From NCBI GenBank assembly GCA_965112155.1, contig OZ218099.1: a stretch of DNA of 64,000 nucleotides; one strand, 5' to 3'. Position numbers and translations under genes: made by a program. Every line of letters begins with the position of its first letter. Position 1 is the stretch's first letter. The notes under the pieces are model-generated. The model made no database searches. It was not told the DNA's origin and was given only the letters and a program-made list of their open reading frames with translations. The stretch comes from Podarcis liolepis. Lineage: Eukaryota. Of this stretch, positions 13,107-27,414 are shown piece after piece.

Positions 13107-14560
13107 GCTCCCACAGGGAACGCACATGTTCTCGCCTTTCTGATATGCACATGTTGTTCTGCTTTGTAAGCAGTGCCTCTGCCATGCTGTATCACCTTTC
13201 TCTGTGGTTTCTGTTTCCTCACACAGTAGTTAAAAAAATTGCTTTCATGTAAGAACTGGAGGAACAACGGCTTTAATAGCTGTGTTCGAGAGATGTGTTT
13301 CATTAATTCGCCTCATGCTGCCATGAACATAACCCAGTCAATATAGGGGGTTTATGTTCTCTGCTTCTTTACTATGAGGATTTTATCTCTCTGACCGGTT
13401 CCCCATAGATGTTAATTTCCCTTCCATATAAAGGCTGCAGTATCTCTTCTGCAGTGGTGATGGCGTGTCTGGCATCTGCATCGTTAGAACAAGGGCTGGC
13501 TACTGTGTGACTGAAAATGACTTCTGGCAGGAGTCCTGCCTTCATGTTGCTTGTTGGCCTGGCTCTCCACATTATCCTTGCCCTTGTTTAGGGATGTTCT
13601 TCGTCTTGTAATTGCACCAGCTGAACACATTTCCCTGAGAGTGTGCCATGGAGAAAGAGAAAGGGAACAAACCACTGAAGAGACAGAACCGAAAGTGTTA
13701 TTCCAACATTACAGACGAAATAAAGATTTAAAAACAAACAAACAATAAACCCTAAATCAGTTGATTTAGGCTTTGTTGTGCCTTTTAAAATCTTTTTGAA
13801 AATCTTTTTAAAAAAACTATTATGATTCAGACTAGGTACATGCTAGAGTCGGGATTGGTTTGTTACTGTTGTTTTCAGGATTACCAGAGGAATCCTGTTA
13901 TGGCAGGTAAAGAAGAACTGACTTGAATGTGGATGCATCACCAAACAAATGACAGATAAACAGATGAATGTGACTGTGCGGCAGGAATGGGAAAGAAATT
14001 GGATTTCATTTGCACTGAAAGGCAAAGCTCCCTAATTTGCACATCCTGCAAAGGGAAACCCTGCCATCCTTCATACTTTTCTGATTTTGCAATGAACTTC
14101 TTCAAGCCAAGTAATGTGTACCAAAATGTATATTCTAGGGGAAAGGATTGCTTTGCAAAAATATGCATATTGGGGGAAATTGCATACCAACATTAGGAAA
14201 AATTCACCCTAAAATGCTAAGGAATTTTCATGAGAATATGTTCACAAAATTCACAAACTGGAGAACTGAATTTAAGATTTGAACATGAGAGATGAAGATA
14301 AACTGAAATCAAAGGATTTGCCTGTCCGTACGATGTGGTGTGTGTTCTTTTTTCCTCTTCAGTTGGAATTTCTTCCTTTCTCTTTTAAAAAAGATCTCCC
14401 CACCCATTAGTCCCAATGGGAGAGAAGATAAGAATACCAGCCCTAGCCCAGTTGTCAGGAGAATGAGCTTGATGGATCTTTCTGATCTCTCTTACAAGCA
14501 GGTCAAGCGGGGAAAAAGGCTACCAATATGGGGGTTAAAGCAAGAGAAATGAACTATAAG

Positions 14561-14562
<2 letters not shown>

Positions 14563-14624
<62 letters not shown>

Positions 14625-14630
14625 CTGTGT
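14563..14630. repeat. (CT)n(GT)n microsatellite
   Basis: Directly visible. Confidence 0.95.
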
Positions 14631-16210
14631 GACTTGTTTATGGGAGACCAAAACAATCTTCTGCTACATGTAACTTCTGTTTTCTATGCAAATAGCATGA
14701 ATGTTTCAAACATCCTACTATTCCTTCAAGGCAGGAGACCTGCCAAAACTTGAACAGATAGAATTTGTGTGGTGGTTATCCTAACCGCTCGCTCTTACGC
14801 TCTCTTCACCTCTCTGTAACTTTTCTGTGACCTGTGTATAAGCTGTTCCAGACTTTCAGTTTTACATCACAACAAAATCAAATGTAAAATTAATGGGGGA
14901 GGGAGGGATGAGGTATACATGGGTTTTTCGTCCAGAACTTGTGTTTTACAAACCTTCCATTCATTTATTTACAATGGGGCTCAATTGATTCATCCTCCCT
15001 TCATTTTGAAAGCAAGAGTGCATTCTAAATTTAGACCTCTGGACCTTGCACCTTGAGCATTTTGTCTACTGATAGTGGTTAGATGTCTCAGTGAGGTCCA
15101 TGATATTCCTACTTAAAAGATTTCCAGAATAGATATGTATCCTGCCTTGCAATTAAGGGTGGGAAAATCTGTCAATTTTCGTTTCTCTTAAATTCTGTTT
15201 CTCCCCCACACTCAGTTTATGATTAGTGATGTGTATTTTTTTAAGTCCTCATGAAGAATTGACAACATTTTAGTGTGAATTACTCCTAATATACACATTT
15301 TGGTAGCTATTATATATGTACTTTAATGCTAATTTTACCCTAGGAAACACATTTTTGTATACATTACTTTGATTTAAAAAAAAAAGGGGGGGGGGAATAA
15401 CCAGGGACGTTTGTCTGCCACCTTCATCTTTAGGCTCCAGGCAAAAACATTCCTCTTCAACCAGGCTTTTGGTTGATTAATATTCCGTGGCCTTTTAAAT
15501 GTGTTTGTGGGAGGGAGGTTGTTGTTTTGTTTTGTGCTGCTATCCTGTATTTTTATCTTGTGAACTGTCCTGAGATTTTCGGATGAAGGTCGGTATATAA
15601 ATTAAATAATAAAACCAGAGAGGCACAGATTTGAAAGGATTGCTGTGTTTTGGTTCACATACTGTTTCAGGAAGTGTGAATTAAGTTAGTTCACTTTTAA
15701 TGCAGATAAAGTTGACTATTAGGTGCTTAATACTTCTGTAGCTGTTTATGATAACAGCAAATGCACTATTGGATTGGTTTTCTCAAAAAATGATTCAACT
15801 ATCTATTTCAGTGGCTGGACCCAATTTTTCATGTTGTCAAATTGAATCATAGTCACCTATTCCCTCACGATGCACGCCTCATGATTTCATAAGCTGCTGT
15901 AACTTTCTTCCACAGCTGTTTCTGAACTGTTGTATTAGTTTTAAGACAAAAGGCATATTATTATTTGACCACATTGGTTTCCTCTTCTTCTTTGCTTCTT
16001 CTTCATAACATCCTTTCTCAAGCGGGACATGTAACTATATGGCATTGTTCTCACTTTTCTTATAGCTCCTAAAACAGCCTTCAAATGTTGCACATGAAAT
16101 CAACATTTCAGTAAGTAGTAAGTGTTCCCTCTAGATCCTGTTTCCCGACTTCCAGTGGTACCATTCTGCAATAATAACAGTTTGACACAATTGGTTAGGG
16201 ACCGCAGTAA

Positions 16211-17040
16211 TAGAATCATTGAATTGTAGAATTGGAAGGGACCCAAGGGTCTTCTAGTCCAACCCCCCTGCAATGAAGGAATGTCAAGTGGATCATCCAT
16301 GACAGATGGCCATCCAACCTCTGCTTAAAAATATCCGATGAAGGAGAGTTCATCACTTTCCAAAGGAGTCTGCTTCACTGTTGAACAGCTCTTACCATCA
16401 AAAAGTTCTTTCTGATATTTATTCAGATTCTCCTTTATTGTAACTTGAAGCCATTAGTTTGGATTCTACCCTCCATCTTCCATGTGACAACCCTTTAGAT
16501 ATTTCAGGATAGCTATAGTTTCTTCACCCAGTCTCCACTTTTCAAGGCTAAACATACCCAGTTCCCTCAACCATTCCTCAGATAGCTTGGTTTCCAAACA
16601 CTTGATCAGGTTGGTTGATCTCCTCTGCACACATTCCAGCTTGCCAATATCTTTCTTAAATTGTGGCATCCAGAACTGGACACAGTATTCCTGGTGTGGT
16701 CTGACCAAGATAGAATAGAGTGGTACTATTAATTCCCTTGATAGGGACACTATACGTCTGTTGATCCATAAGCTTCTTTTGCTGTTGTATCACACTGTTG
16801 ACTCACTGTGAAGCTCGTAGTCTACTAAGATCCCTAGATATTTTTCAGTAGATGTACTACTGGCAAGCCATGTGTCTCCCATTTTGTATTTGTGCAGCTG
16901 TTTCTTCCTGCCTAAGTTTAGAACCTTACATTTGTCCCTGCTGAAATTCATTTTGCTAGTTTGGGCACATTTTCCATTCTGTTAGGGTCATATTGAATCC
17001 AGATTCTGTCTTCAGCAGCATTAGCTACCCCTCCCAACTG
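16211..17040 (-). mobile_element. CR1 LINE 3' fragment
   Basis: Minus strand peptide [32 protein letters not shown] and ATTCTAT-type tail at ~16211-16235. Confidence 0.9.
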
Positions 17041-19464
17041 TACTGTTAATTTTTATCAAAAGTTTTCAACATAAAATACAATAAAAGTCAAACTTATCTA
17101 AAGACAAAGAATAACAAAAACAAAACAAAACAGGAAGAAATAAAAATCAAGAAATGGAGAGACAGAAAAGATAAAGAACCCCTTCAGCTTAATTGGAAAG
17201 TGGATCACCAATTTTGAGCACTGCTGGATGGCAAGGGTGGGGAGGAACATTGATTTTGATCCATCTATTTTTGTTGCAATAATGGGACCAATTCATTGCT
17301 CAGTTAAAGTTATGGAAACAAACACAAATAATTATATTTAACAATCCTCAGTTTTACGCGAAGGTCTTTTATATTCTGTTTGTTTATCTTCAGTGTTGTG
17401 AGAGGGACATCTGAAAAAACACATGTGTCCACCACATGTACAGACACCACTGTACACCATTGAGAGAAACTGAGAGTTTTGCATGGAGTCTGGAGGTGCG
17501 TCTGTTTAAAATGTGTGTATACCTTTAACTCATATGCCTAACAGAGAGCTTGCCCCACCAGGAAGTAGGGGGAAATTGTTTATTGCACAGAAAAGAAAGA
17601 CAGAGAGTAGACACATGCAGCTTTAGACAGCAGGGTTACCAATATGCAGGGAACAAATGATCACCAAAAGCAGAGTATTTGCTCTGTTGATCCTGGAGAT
17701 GGACCTGAACAGCAGCAAAATGGGTTTGGTTGAGTTTTCCTCTCTATCCCACTCCCCTGAAAAGATAGCCTAAATGATTACCTTTGTCTACATTTAGCAC
17801 TATGCGTTGATATTGACGGTGCTATGCATGCACATTCTTTGTAACCCAACACAGCAGCCAAACATTAAAGTTCCACAGTCCTTTTGCAAGATTTTATATT
17901 ACAGTAAACAACAAGCAACATACACTGAGAACTTCCCAGCTTTTCTTATTTATTTTATGCTTAAAATCTTATAGGTGTTTTTTCCTTAGGTTTAATAAAA
18001 TATCCTAAATGCAAAATGCATGTGGCATAGTAAAGAGAAAAAACAAAACAAAAACCTTTAAGTTACTAGCTTCCGGAAATACTTTATTTTGTATTTGAAG
18101 AATAAATGCAGATACAGTATTTTATTTTATTTTAAAAACCAGGAGCACACGCTTGAGGCATTTAATATAAAAATAAAATAAAGATACTAGTTGTGAATAA
18201 TTTACCACCACTACTAGACTAAAAAACTCAGTCTAGACATACATTGTCTCTATATATCCAGTTATTAGAAGTTTAAACATTTCCTACAGTAACAATTTAA
18301 GGTTGTAAGAGGCCTACTAGATCAGACTATAGGTCCATCTAGTCTAGCAGATGCCCATGGGAAGTGGAAAATACACACTAACCAAGTAAAACACTAAAAA
18401 ATATTGCACCATTTGCCTGTCCTGGTGCTAATTCAGCGGGATAGATGAATGGCAATGGATGTGGAGAGAGAATAAGGATGGAAGAGAGGAATGGAATGTG
18501 TTGTTGGAACAATGGAAGGAGGGGGAAATGTAGGATTACATGGGGGTCAGCTCTCTTAGGCAAAAATTAGACAAATAACATTGGTTTAATTAGGCTGAAA
18601 GTCTAGACATGCTTACATGGTGAACTCAATACGGCTTACTCATGTGTACACATGTAAAGGATTGCGTTCTTAGGGTGTAATCCTAACCACATCTACTCAG
18701 AAGCAGTAGATGTTAGGTCCTGTTAGGTTAAGTGTAGCTTACTGACAGATACGTGAGGTTAGCACTGCCACCTTAGTTTCCTTTTTAATATACTTAAAAT
18801 AAGCAAGTGTCTCTATCCCGTGAGAAGACGAGGCAGGCAGCATAGATGTGTGGATTATGCTTCCTCTGTCTACTGATCTGAAATAAATTGTTCCTAAAAA
18901 ACTGAGAAAGAAATATCTTTCTGCCACCTCACCTCAAGAGTATTCATTTTCCTCATGCTTAGTATCACCACAGAACACATCCGCATAATGAGCGCCATAC
19001 AACAGTGGCATCACATTAGAAAGCACTCGTAGCTATTTATTTATTATGTTTCTAATTATCCCAAAACTAGAGGCATCAAAAATGACATCATAAAAGAATG
19101 TCCCATACAGGTACAGACTGAGGCAGAGCAGGCCCAAGCCACACACTGTGTATGATATTATGCCCAGAAAATTATGTTGGCAACACTAATGTTGATTTAG
19201 CATTATGTTTAAAGCGGGCCTCTTTCTGCCTTCTTTTATTTTATTTTCTCTTTGTGTGTAGGAAGTTATTTTGTCAGGGTTGTGATAAGAAATGTTTGTA
19301 GTACAGGCAGTTGTAGTTCACACACATTCAGTATGTGTGCGTCTGTGTATACACACATCGCGCCAAACCTGGAAGTGACCTCGAAATTTCATAAAGACAT
19401 AACTTAAACATCACTAAAAGGGCAGAACAGGGTGTTTGCAGGCTTATTCAATGGGTTCTAATTA

Positions 19465-19810
19465 CAGTGGTGCCTCGCAAGACGAAAAGAATCTGTTCTG
19501 TGATTCTCTTCGTCTAGCGGTTTTTTCGTCTTGCGAAGCAAGCCAATTGACGGATTACCGGATTAGCGCTATTAGTGGCTTTTAGCGGCTTTTAGCGGCT
19601 TATCTGCTGATCGGATCAGCTGATAAGCGGCTTAGCGGCTTAGAAAAAGGGGGGCAAAGGGAAAAACCCCCACAGGAACTCGCAAGGCATTGTCGTCTTG
19701 CGAAGCAAGCCCATAGGAAATTCGTTTTGCGAAGCACCTCCAAAACGGAAAACCCTTTCGTCTAGCGGGTTTTCCGTCTTGCGAGGCATTCGTCTTGCAG
19801 GGCACCACTG
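19465..19810. mobile_element. Tigger/pogo-like MITE
   Basis: TA-CAGTGGTGCCTCGCAAGACG...CGTCTTGCAGGGCACCACTG-TA TIRs; internal TTAGCGGC microrepeats. Confidence 0.9.
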
Positions 19811-20879
19811 TATATGTGGTTTTACTGACGTGCATGGTGCCTCAGAATGTGCATCTAGTTGGAGCCAAAAAGACGAAAGAAAGAAAGACAGAATGTTGTG
19901 ACAAACGGTTGAAATATTTATTAGCATTCCGTTGCTGACAATAGCCTTTTGTTCACATTGATAAACACACTTTTTCTGCACCTTTGTATTATTCTGAAAC
20001 AAATTGCGTTCTGTTTCTTTGAAAGAATATATCACATTAACAGTTTGTGACTTACAGGCTTCAACATGCGAAGGTGTGAAATTGTGCTCTGAGCAAAGAC
20101 ATGACAGAAACTTTTATATTTTCCAAGATATGCCTGGTACTTGAGCCAAGCTACTCTAAATAAACTCATTAGAGATGCATGCCTAAAATCCTACTTCCAG
20201 CTTTTGAAAAATGATGCGTGTTGCTCCAAGTCAATTTTGTTTTCCCCTAAAAATATCAAATAATTATAAGCCTTTTTTCCTGCACCCTTTAAATAAAAAT
20301 AAAATGAAAACACTGCCAAAGTTCCTAGAACACAAACATGACCTACCTTTCTTTTAATTTTTTTTTATTCAGTTCTCTTTGTGAAGTCCATTTAGTGGTC
20401 ACCAGGGTTATTTTTCAAAACAAATTCTCAGTGCTGCCAGGAAAAAAAAAATCAATGCCAGCAGTCCAGAATTCATGAGCAACCATGCAATAACAAACCT
20501 GTCCGCTCATATGATGGAGGAGGGAGAATTGCTGTAAAAAATAGATTTCAATCTAAAGCCTCTAAGGGGTTGTTAGAAATGCAGAAAAATACGCTTTGAA
20601 GAATTAAGGCAAAATATTGCTCTTATTGCGAACTATGCATCTAAGGGTATTGGAGTATCAATTTCACCGTTTCAGTTTGCAAGCTACACAGAGCAAGTCA
20701 AATTCTTAGAAGCCTTTGGCCTCACAAAAGAAGAAACAAAGACTAAGTGGGACAATATGCCTCCTGCTTCAATCAGCTGAGGTGCCCAGGGTGCTGCTGA
20801 AACACTGCTGTCTCGCTCCATCCCATCTAAATCAGGAGACACCATTGAAGTTCTGAACAGGTGCCTGGAAGCAGGAATG

Positions 20880-21165
20880 GAGGAGATAAGGGCCCTGGAG
20901 CTGAAATTAAATCAAGGCAAGATGGAGGTATGTATGCAGGCTGGGTGTACAAATCTGGGACATGGTGAGACAGCCTGTTCTGGATGGGGTTGTACTCCCC
21001 TGGAAAGAGCGGGTTCATAGCCTGAGAAAGCTCCTGGATCTAATTTTGTCACTTGAGGCACATATGGATTTGGTAACTAGGAGCACCTACACCCAGTTTC
21101 AGCTGGTGTGCCAGATATGACTCTTAACAGTGATCCATGCTTTGGTAAGCTCCAGATTTTAAATC
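20880..21165 (+). mobile_element. L2-like LINE internal fragment
   Basis: Degenerate LKLN..KMEV / LDGV.LP.KERVHSL peptide; homologous to the minus-strand copy at ~28500-28650. Confidence 0.65.
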
Positions 21166-21254
21166 TACAAGTAGTGCACCCTGCAGCAGCCAGGCTATTG
21201 ATCAGAACATAAATGAATTCCAAAGGCTTGCATGCATACCCATTTGTTGCCATA

Positions 21255-21852
21255 TACCTTGGTTCTCAAACTTAATCTGTTCCGGAAGTCCGTTCCAAAA
21301 CCAAACCATTCCAAAAGCAAGGCGTGCTTTCCCACAGAAAGTAATGTAAAATGGATTAATCCATTCCAGACATTTAAGAACAACATGAATTTTACTATCT
21401 AATGAAAGCAATAATCAATGTACTGTACTATAAAATAAATATGACAGTATTGTAGATGATAAAATTAAAAAAATGATTTTTTATTTACCTGTACTGATGA
21501 TAGTCATTGTTTGGATGGGGGGCTTTTATCCATTTCCACAGTCACTCAATCGATCAATCAATCAATCAGTAGCTGAACTTTGTCCACACAGTCACAAAAA
21601 CAAATTGACTGAAAAAGCCTCAAAAACAAAAACGCAAAATAAATAGCAAAAACAAAAGTGCCAAACTTAATACGTTCTGGAAGTCCATTTTACTTCCGAA
21701 ATGTTCAAAAACCAAGGCGCAGCTTCTGATTGATGCAGGTGCCCCAGAAACAACAGCTGACAGCTGCATCGGACGTTCAGCTTCTGAAAAACGTTCAAAA
21801 ATTGGAACACTTACTTCCAGGTTTTCGGCGTTTGAGAACCAAGGTACCACCG
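21255..21852. mobile_element. Tigger-like non-autonomous DNA transposon
   Basis: TACCTTGGTTCTCAAAC ... GTTTGAGAACCAAGGTACCACCG-TA inverted ends; the left tip is missing. Confidence 0.8.
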
Positions 21853-24800
21853 TACTATAAGTTGCTTTTTGCAACAAGAGTTGACAAATCTTCATAACAC
21901 CAGGGTTGTGTTTGTGTGTACGTGTACTCTTTCTCCATTTGCTGTAACACTGGTCTCGTGACCACTTATCCTCTTGATTTTTGCATTCATTCCCATCATT
22001 GTACAGTATGTCAAGTCTCCTACCACAATAAACTATTTAATTTGCTTCAGTTATGACACCTTTTATAGCATTCCTTTTTGCCCATTGGAGGGTGGTAGGG
22101 AACCAGTTTAACACCAAGCGCTCAAGGTTGTGATCAGACCAAATTCTATAGCTAGTTTCGGAATTATACTTTATCACCGGCTGTTCTAGAACATAGCACT
22201 CTTTTGTAGGAATGTCAACAGTTTTCCCCAGACAAATCATTTGATGATAAAGGATGATTAAGGATTGGTAGACCCTGTCTCGCTTGCTACTGGATCATTT
22301 TCAAGGGCCCCCAGGTGAATTAAAGTAGAGTAGTGAAACAGGAAGAACTTCCAGTGATAAATGTCATGTTCTTGGAACACAAGTGGCACACCATACCACA
22401 GCAAAGCATCTCGTAGTTGACTTTATGTAAGTGCTGACTGGATGATAGTGAAGATTAATAATCCTGAAAGAAATACATATGAAGAGGTTTAAAGAACATG
22501 ATGTCAGATGATGATTGCTAGATACACTGATAGCTTTGAAAAGAAGGAACTTGAACTCAGATTATCATTTCTAATGTACACAAGTGATGCTAAGAGACAT
22601 CTGGCTAGATGATAAATAAATGAAGAAGAATGATTTCAGGCAGCAATTGCCAAGCAGAAATGGAGAGAACAAAACTATGTCAGGCAACTGCTATTCAGTG
22701 AACACCAGCTAAAATAAGATGAAGAGTGTCGGAAGAAAATTGCTGGGGAAATAAGAGTCCAAATAAAATAAATCATATTCACTGGAACATCAGTGAGACT
22801 ACTTAGGTGAGTGAAGCTGAAGAAGATCAAACAATAAATCAGAAACATATATACATATGTCTGAATATGGAGAGATATGGGGGGAATTAACCTGATACAA
22901 ATGCAATAGATTTATTTTGCAGAAGACCATATACAGGTGTAAATAAAGATGAACCTCCCAGTCACCTGTCAAGGTGTGTCATTTTTTTACACTTACTTAT
23001 TGCTTCTGTTGTCACTAAACTGCATAAGTGCTTTTGTGATAATTTAAGAAAACAGGGGACATACTAGAATCACAGTGCACTGATTTGAATAATTAGAATG
23101 ACTAAGCACTGTCTGGGTGTTTAGCTCAAGATCCTGTTCTGCGTTTCACCTACTGCTTGAGGCGTGGCAGGTGAGCTCAAGACTTTCTGGTCATGGCATT
23201 CAGCTCTAGAACACTGTAGTGAAAACGGTTGTAATTAGCAACTGCTGATTTCTAAAGGAAATTGCAGGTGCAGATTTCCAACCCATACCGGGCCCTGGAA
23301 TGGAGGATCACGTAAAGTATAATTGTTTAATTGACACTGGAATGGCTAATGCCTGGGTGTGTATTGCTAATTTTGGGGCATGGCAGCATACAAAGAGCTT
23401 TCTGAACTCTAACTGAGTTATTGATTAACTGAGAATGTTCTCTCCTCTAACCCCGAGTGTTTAACCTTAGACCACATGATTAAAGTATTTGACTGCAAAT
23501 TGCCATTTTGAAGGGAGTTGCCTATTAGTCTTTCTCTGGGCACCACAGAGACAGCAAAGGGTGTGATAATGGCTCTCCCAGAGCTGCATAGCCTTAGGCA
23601 GGTGCAAGCTAATGCAGGCTGGAATGGGAGAGAGAGACAGTTTTGATTTCTGGAAGAAGTGAAGTTATATCTTAGAATATGCTGGGCCTGTGCTGGACAT
23701 GCAGGAGGTATTGTGTGAAACTATTTTGGATGTACTACTATTGTTTCTGTTCTGTTCTGAAGAAAGTTCTGAACATGAAGTTTTGTATCAAACATGGATC
23801 TGGACAATATTTTATTCCAAAAGGAGTTGGTTTTTATGCACCCAGTTGCTTCAGGTTGCACAATATTAATATCTGTAATAGATCAGGACATGGGACTCTT
23901 TGTCTCAGGCTGCAATCTTGATCTGTATCAGACACTATGCACCTTGGTTTGCATTTGGGGTTGAAGTGGAAGTTCCCATTTGTTCAATGGGAGCTTTTGT
24001 TCTGATACCTATAGCAGGGGTGGGGCATGATTCAGATTAGGACTGCAGCAGAACAAAGAATTAATGTCCCTGAAATCAATGCCAGGGACCTGATATGGAT
24101 TGTGGATGTCCAGCTGCCCTTTACTTTAGAAAAACATCAACACAATTGCTAAGTTCACAAATAGTGTGTTGTGTAGTCTAACCCTCGGCTGGCAGGATCT
24201 GGTAGGCAGGAATCAATCAATCCTCTTTCTCCCTTTTCCTGGTATTTCTCCAGTGTCTGAACAGCTCTGATGAGAGAGCAAGAGAAGTAACTGGGATCAT
24301 AACTGAATGTCTGGCCTCAGAAATACACCACTGCCCTTTCGGTGTCTCTGCTAGCCTGTATTTCTCTACATTACAATGCACAAACTAGCTAACTGGTGCT
24401 TTAAGCAGAGAGTATATTTAGTCCCCTGTGTCTTGATTCTTAAAATGAATCATGAAAAGGATGCATTTTCATGTCCACACCACAGGGAGTCGGAAGCAAA
24501 GATTTCAGTATACCATAACTGAAAGGTAGCAACCCAGTCAAGGTTTGCTTTTGGATTCCCAGTGCTCTGCAATTTATCTCCTGAAGACCTTCCTCTCCAC
24601 ATCACCATGACTGAAATCTTAAAATAAAATAAAAATGAACTTTTGAACTTTAGTTTCATAAAATATAAAAGAGCCGAAGCCACTCTCAACTCCATGACGG
24701 GAAGGGAAGATTTTTGTTTTGTAACATGACTTAAGCAAAGATGACATTGGCTGTGCTTGGTGTCTGAAGAGCAAGTAGCACTGGCCTTTATTTTAGACTT

Positions 24801-25091
24801 GGGTCTCTTTCTTTCTTAGTGTGCAGGCTTTTGGTTTTCTATCTTCCACCTCCTGCTTGTTATGAAGAAACTCCATCAGTATATTTATCTACGTGGATGG
24901 CAGAAGTAGGGAACCATTAGCACTACAGATAGACCCTCCAAGTGTTCCTATTTTCCAAGGACAGTCACGGATTTACAGAAGCCGGCCCGGTTTTTTATTT
25001 GACCCTAGAATGTCCCGCTTTTCGTTAGGATGTCCCTATTTTCAATGAGGAAATGTTGGAGGGTATGGAGTTATGTGACTCCCTAAACCAA

Positions 25092-25455
25092 GGAGACGCG
25101 GGTGGCGCTGTGGGTAAAACCTCAGCGCCTAGGGCTTGCCAATCGCATCGTCGGCGGTTCGAATCCCCGCGGCAGGGTGAGCTCCCGTCGTTTGGTGCCA
25201 GCTCCTGCCCACCTAGCAGTTCGAAAGCACCCCTAAGTGCAAGTAGATAAATAGGTACCGCTTTATAGCGGGAAGGTAAACGGCGTTTCCGTGTGCGGCA
25301 CTGGTGCTGGCTCACCAGTGCAGCTTCGTCACGCTGGCCACGTGACCCGGAAGTGTCTCCGGACAGCGCTGGCTCCCGGCCTCTTAAGTGAGATGGGCGC
25401 ACAACCCTAGAGTCGGACACGACTGGCCCGTACGGGCAGGGGTACCTTTACCTTT
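25092..25455 (+). mobile_element. Sauria SINE, full length, with TSD
   Basis: tRNA-like head with GGTTCGAATCC, (ACCTTT)n tail, direct repeat TAAACCAAGGAGA at 25084-25096 and 25455-25467. Confidence 0.92.
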
Positions 25456-25561
25456 AAACCAAGGAGATAGGTAACTATGCAACCTTTAGAAGAAATCTGA
25501 AGGCAGTCCTGCATAGCTAAGTTTTTTAAGAATGTTTAATGTTTTATTATGTTTTTATATA

Positions 25562-25787
25562 CAGTGGTACCTCGGGTTAAGTACTTAATTCGTTCTGGAG
25601 GTCCGTTCTTAACCTGAAACTGTTCTTAATCTGGAGCACCACTTTAGCTAATGGAGCCTCCCGCTGCCGCTGCGCTGCCGGAGCACAATTTCTGTTCTCA
25701 TTCTGAAGCAAAGTTCTTAATCCGAGGTACTATTTCTGGGTTAGTGGAGTCTGTAACCTGAAGCGTATGTAACCCAAGGTACCACTG
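25562..25787. mobile_element. Tigger-like MITE
   Basis: TA-CAGTGGTACCTCGGGTTA...TAACCCAAGGTACCACTG-TA. Confidence 0.92.
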
Positions 25788-26288
25788 TATATTGGAAGCC
25801 GCCCAGAGTGACTGGGGTAACCCAGTCAGTTGAGCGGGGTATAAATAATAAAATTATTATTGTTATTATTATTGAATTTGATGTCCCTATTTTCATCGGA
25901 GAAATGTTGGAGAGTATGCAGATGTTTTTCAACTACAGCTCCCATCAGCAAGCATGGTAAATGGCCAGTGATAATGAGAAGACCCAAAAGTTCCCTTGCA
26001 TACAGGTGCATGCAAACATAAAATCTTTTTCTTTCTTTGCTTAGCAGCAATGGAGACTTGTACATGATGACAAAGGAGGCACTGCCCCACCAACTGCAGT
26101 CTGCCCTCAGACAGCCCAGGTGTCTGCCCCCCTTAAAATAATACAAGATGGGCCTGTCTCAAACCTGGTAGGCTTAATCCACTCAGGGGAGGGGGGGACT
26201 CCCTTGCCTGCAAAATTAATGTATTTATATGAAAGGGGGGAGCTATAAATCTCTTCTTATAATCAGTGGGGAAAACAGAGGTTTAGAC

Positions 26289-26424
26289 CACGTTCCCTCA
26301 ACCTCGGCCCTCCAGATGTTTTTGGCCCAGAACTCCCATGATCCCTAGCTAGAAGGACCAGTGGTCAGGGATGCTGGGAATTGTAGTCTCAAAACATCTG
26401 GAGGGCCAAGATTGAGGAAGCCTG
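26289..26424. mobile_element. hAT MITE (136 bp)
   Basis: Palindromic CA..TG element with a perfect 8-bp TSD GTTTAGAC. Confidence 0.9.
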
Positions 26425-27172
26425 GTTTAGACTTAACCGTTGAAACTTGGATCTGAATAATCAATCAAACCAGGAAAACACAGATCAGATCCAAAAGATA
26501 CTGAACTGATTCCAAACGCTACAGATATAAGCTGATTCTTATAGTTGCTACACACCCCTTACAAATGTATCTGCAGTCGTTAATGGACTCACAAAAATGG
26601 GTAGGCTTTCATCTGGAGTTTCCCTTTAACTACAAAGCTAGGCAATTAGAATGTGGCTAATGTTTTAGTTCCTATGAATGGACCTTCTCATCTGAAACGT
26701 AAGGTTAGCATTGCTTATTCAGTTTTACCCTTCAACTCAGTGTGAAAGTTTTGGATTTCTTATATGTACGTGAAAGTAGAGACTAAGCCAAATAAAATAA
26801 TATATTGCTTGCTTTTCATCTGCTATGTGTACACACTGATGTGAGAAATATGGTGGATGTACTGCAAACTGATCTGAATTGTTGCTTTCAGAAAGGCAGG
26901 GTAAAATATTTTAAGAAATTCATAAATAATAAGTCCTGACCTTCAATCTAACATGTAGAGTAGCAGTTAAGAAAATGTTTTGCATATGCATTAGTTCATA
27001 AACTACATGATTATTATGCTTAACATGATCATAACCTATGATTAAGTTTAAGTACGTGCTTAAGTATAAAGTGTCAAACCTTGAGTAGTTTGAATAAGCA
27101 TTCAGCCAAACTTACTCCGTTCTGATGGATGACAGTTCCATAGATCCATAGTTACCTGATACCAGAAGAGTA

Positions 27173-27414
27173 CAGTGGTACCTCGGGTTAAGAACTTAAT
27201 TCATTCCGGAGGTCCATTCTTAACCTGAAACTGTTCTTAATCTGAGGTATCACTTTAGCTAATGGGGCCTCCCGTTGCCGCCGCGCCGCTGCTGCACAAT
27301 TTCTGTTCTCATCCTGAAGCAAAGTTCCTAACCCGAGGTACTATTTCTGGGTTAGCGGGGTCTGTAACCTGAAGCGTTTGTAACCTGAAGCATCTGTAAC
27401 CCGAGGTACCACTG
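27173..27414. mobile_element. Tigger-like MITE, same family as 25562-25787
   Basis: Same TIRs and TA TSD; one extra 16-bp TGTAACCTGAAGCGTC-type subterminal unit. Confidence 0.92.

Larger units (their letters stand above)
24930..25918. mobile_element. Composite TIR element (MITE + LINE-tail cargo + duplicated terminus) hosting a SINE and a Tigger MITE
   Basis: Left end TAGACCCTCCAA; the 39-bp right end occurs twice (25029-25067 and 25880-25918); CAGA is duplicated at the outer ends (24926-24929, 25919-25922). Confidence 0.65.

Noticed and set aside
19540-19640. Short repeated TTAGCGGC units suggesting an array
   Set aside because: They are internal microrepeats of a Tigger-like MITE, with no repeat-spacer structure; not CRISPR or telomeric.
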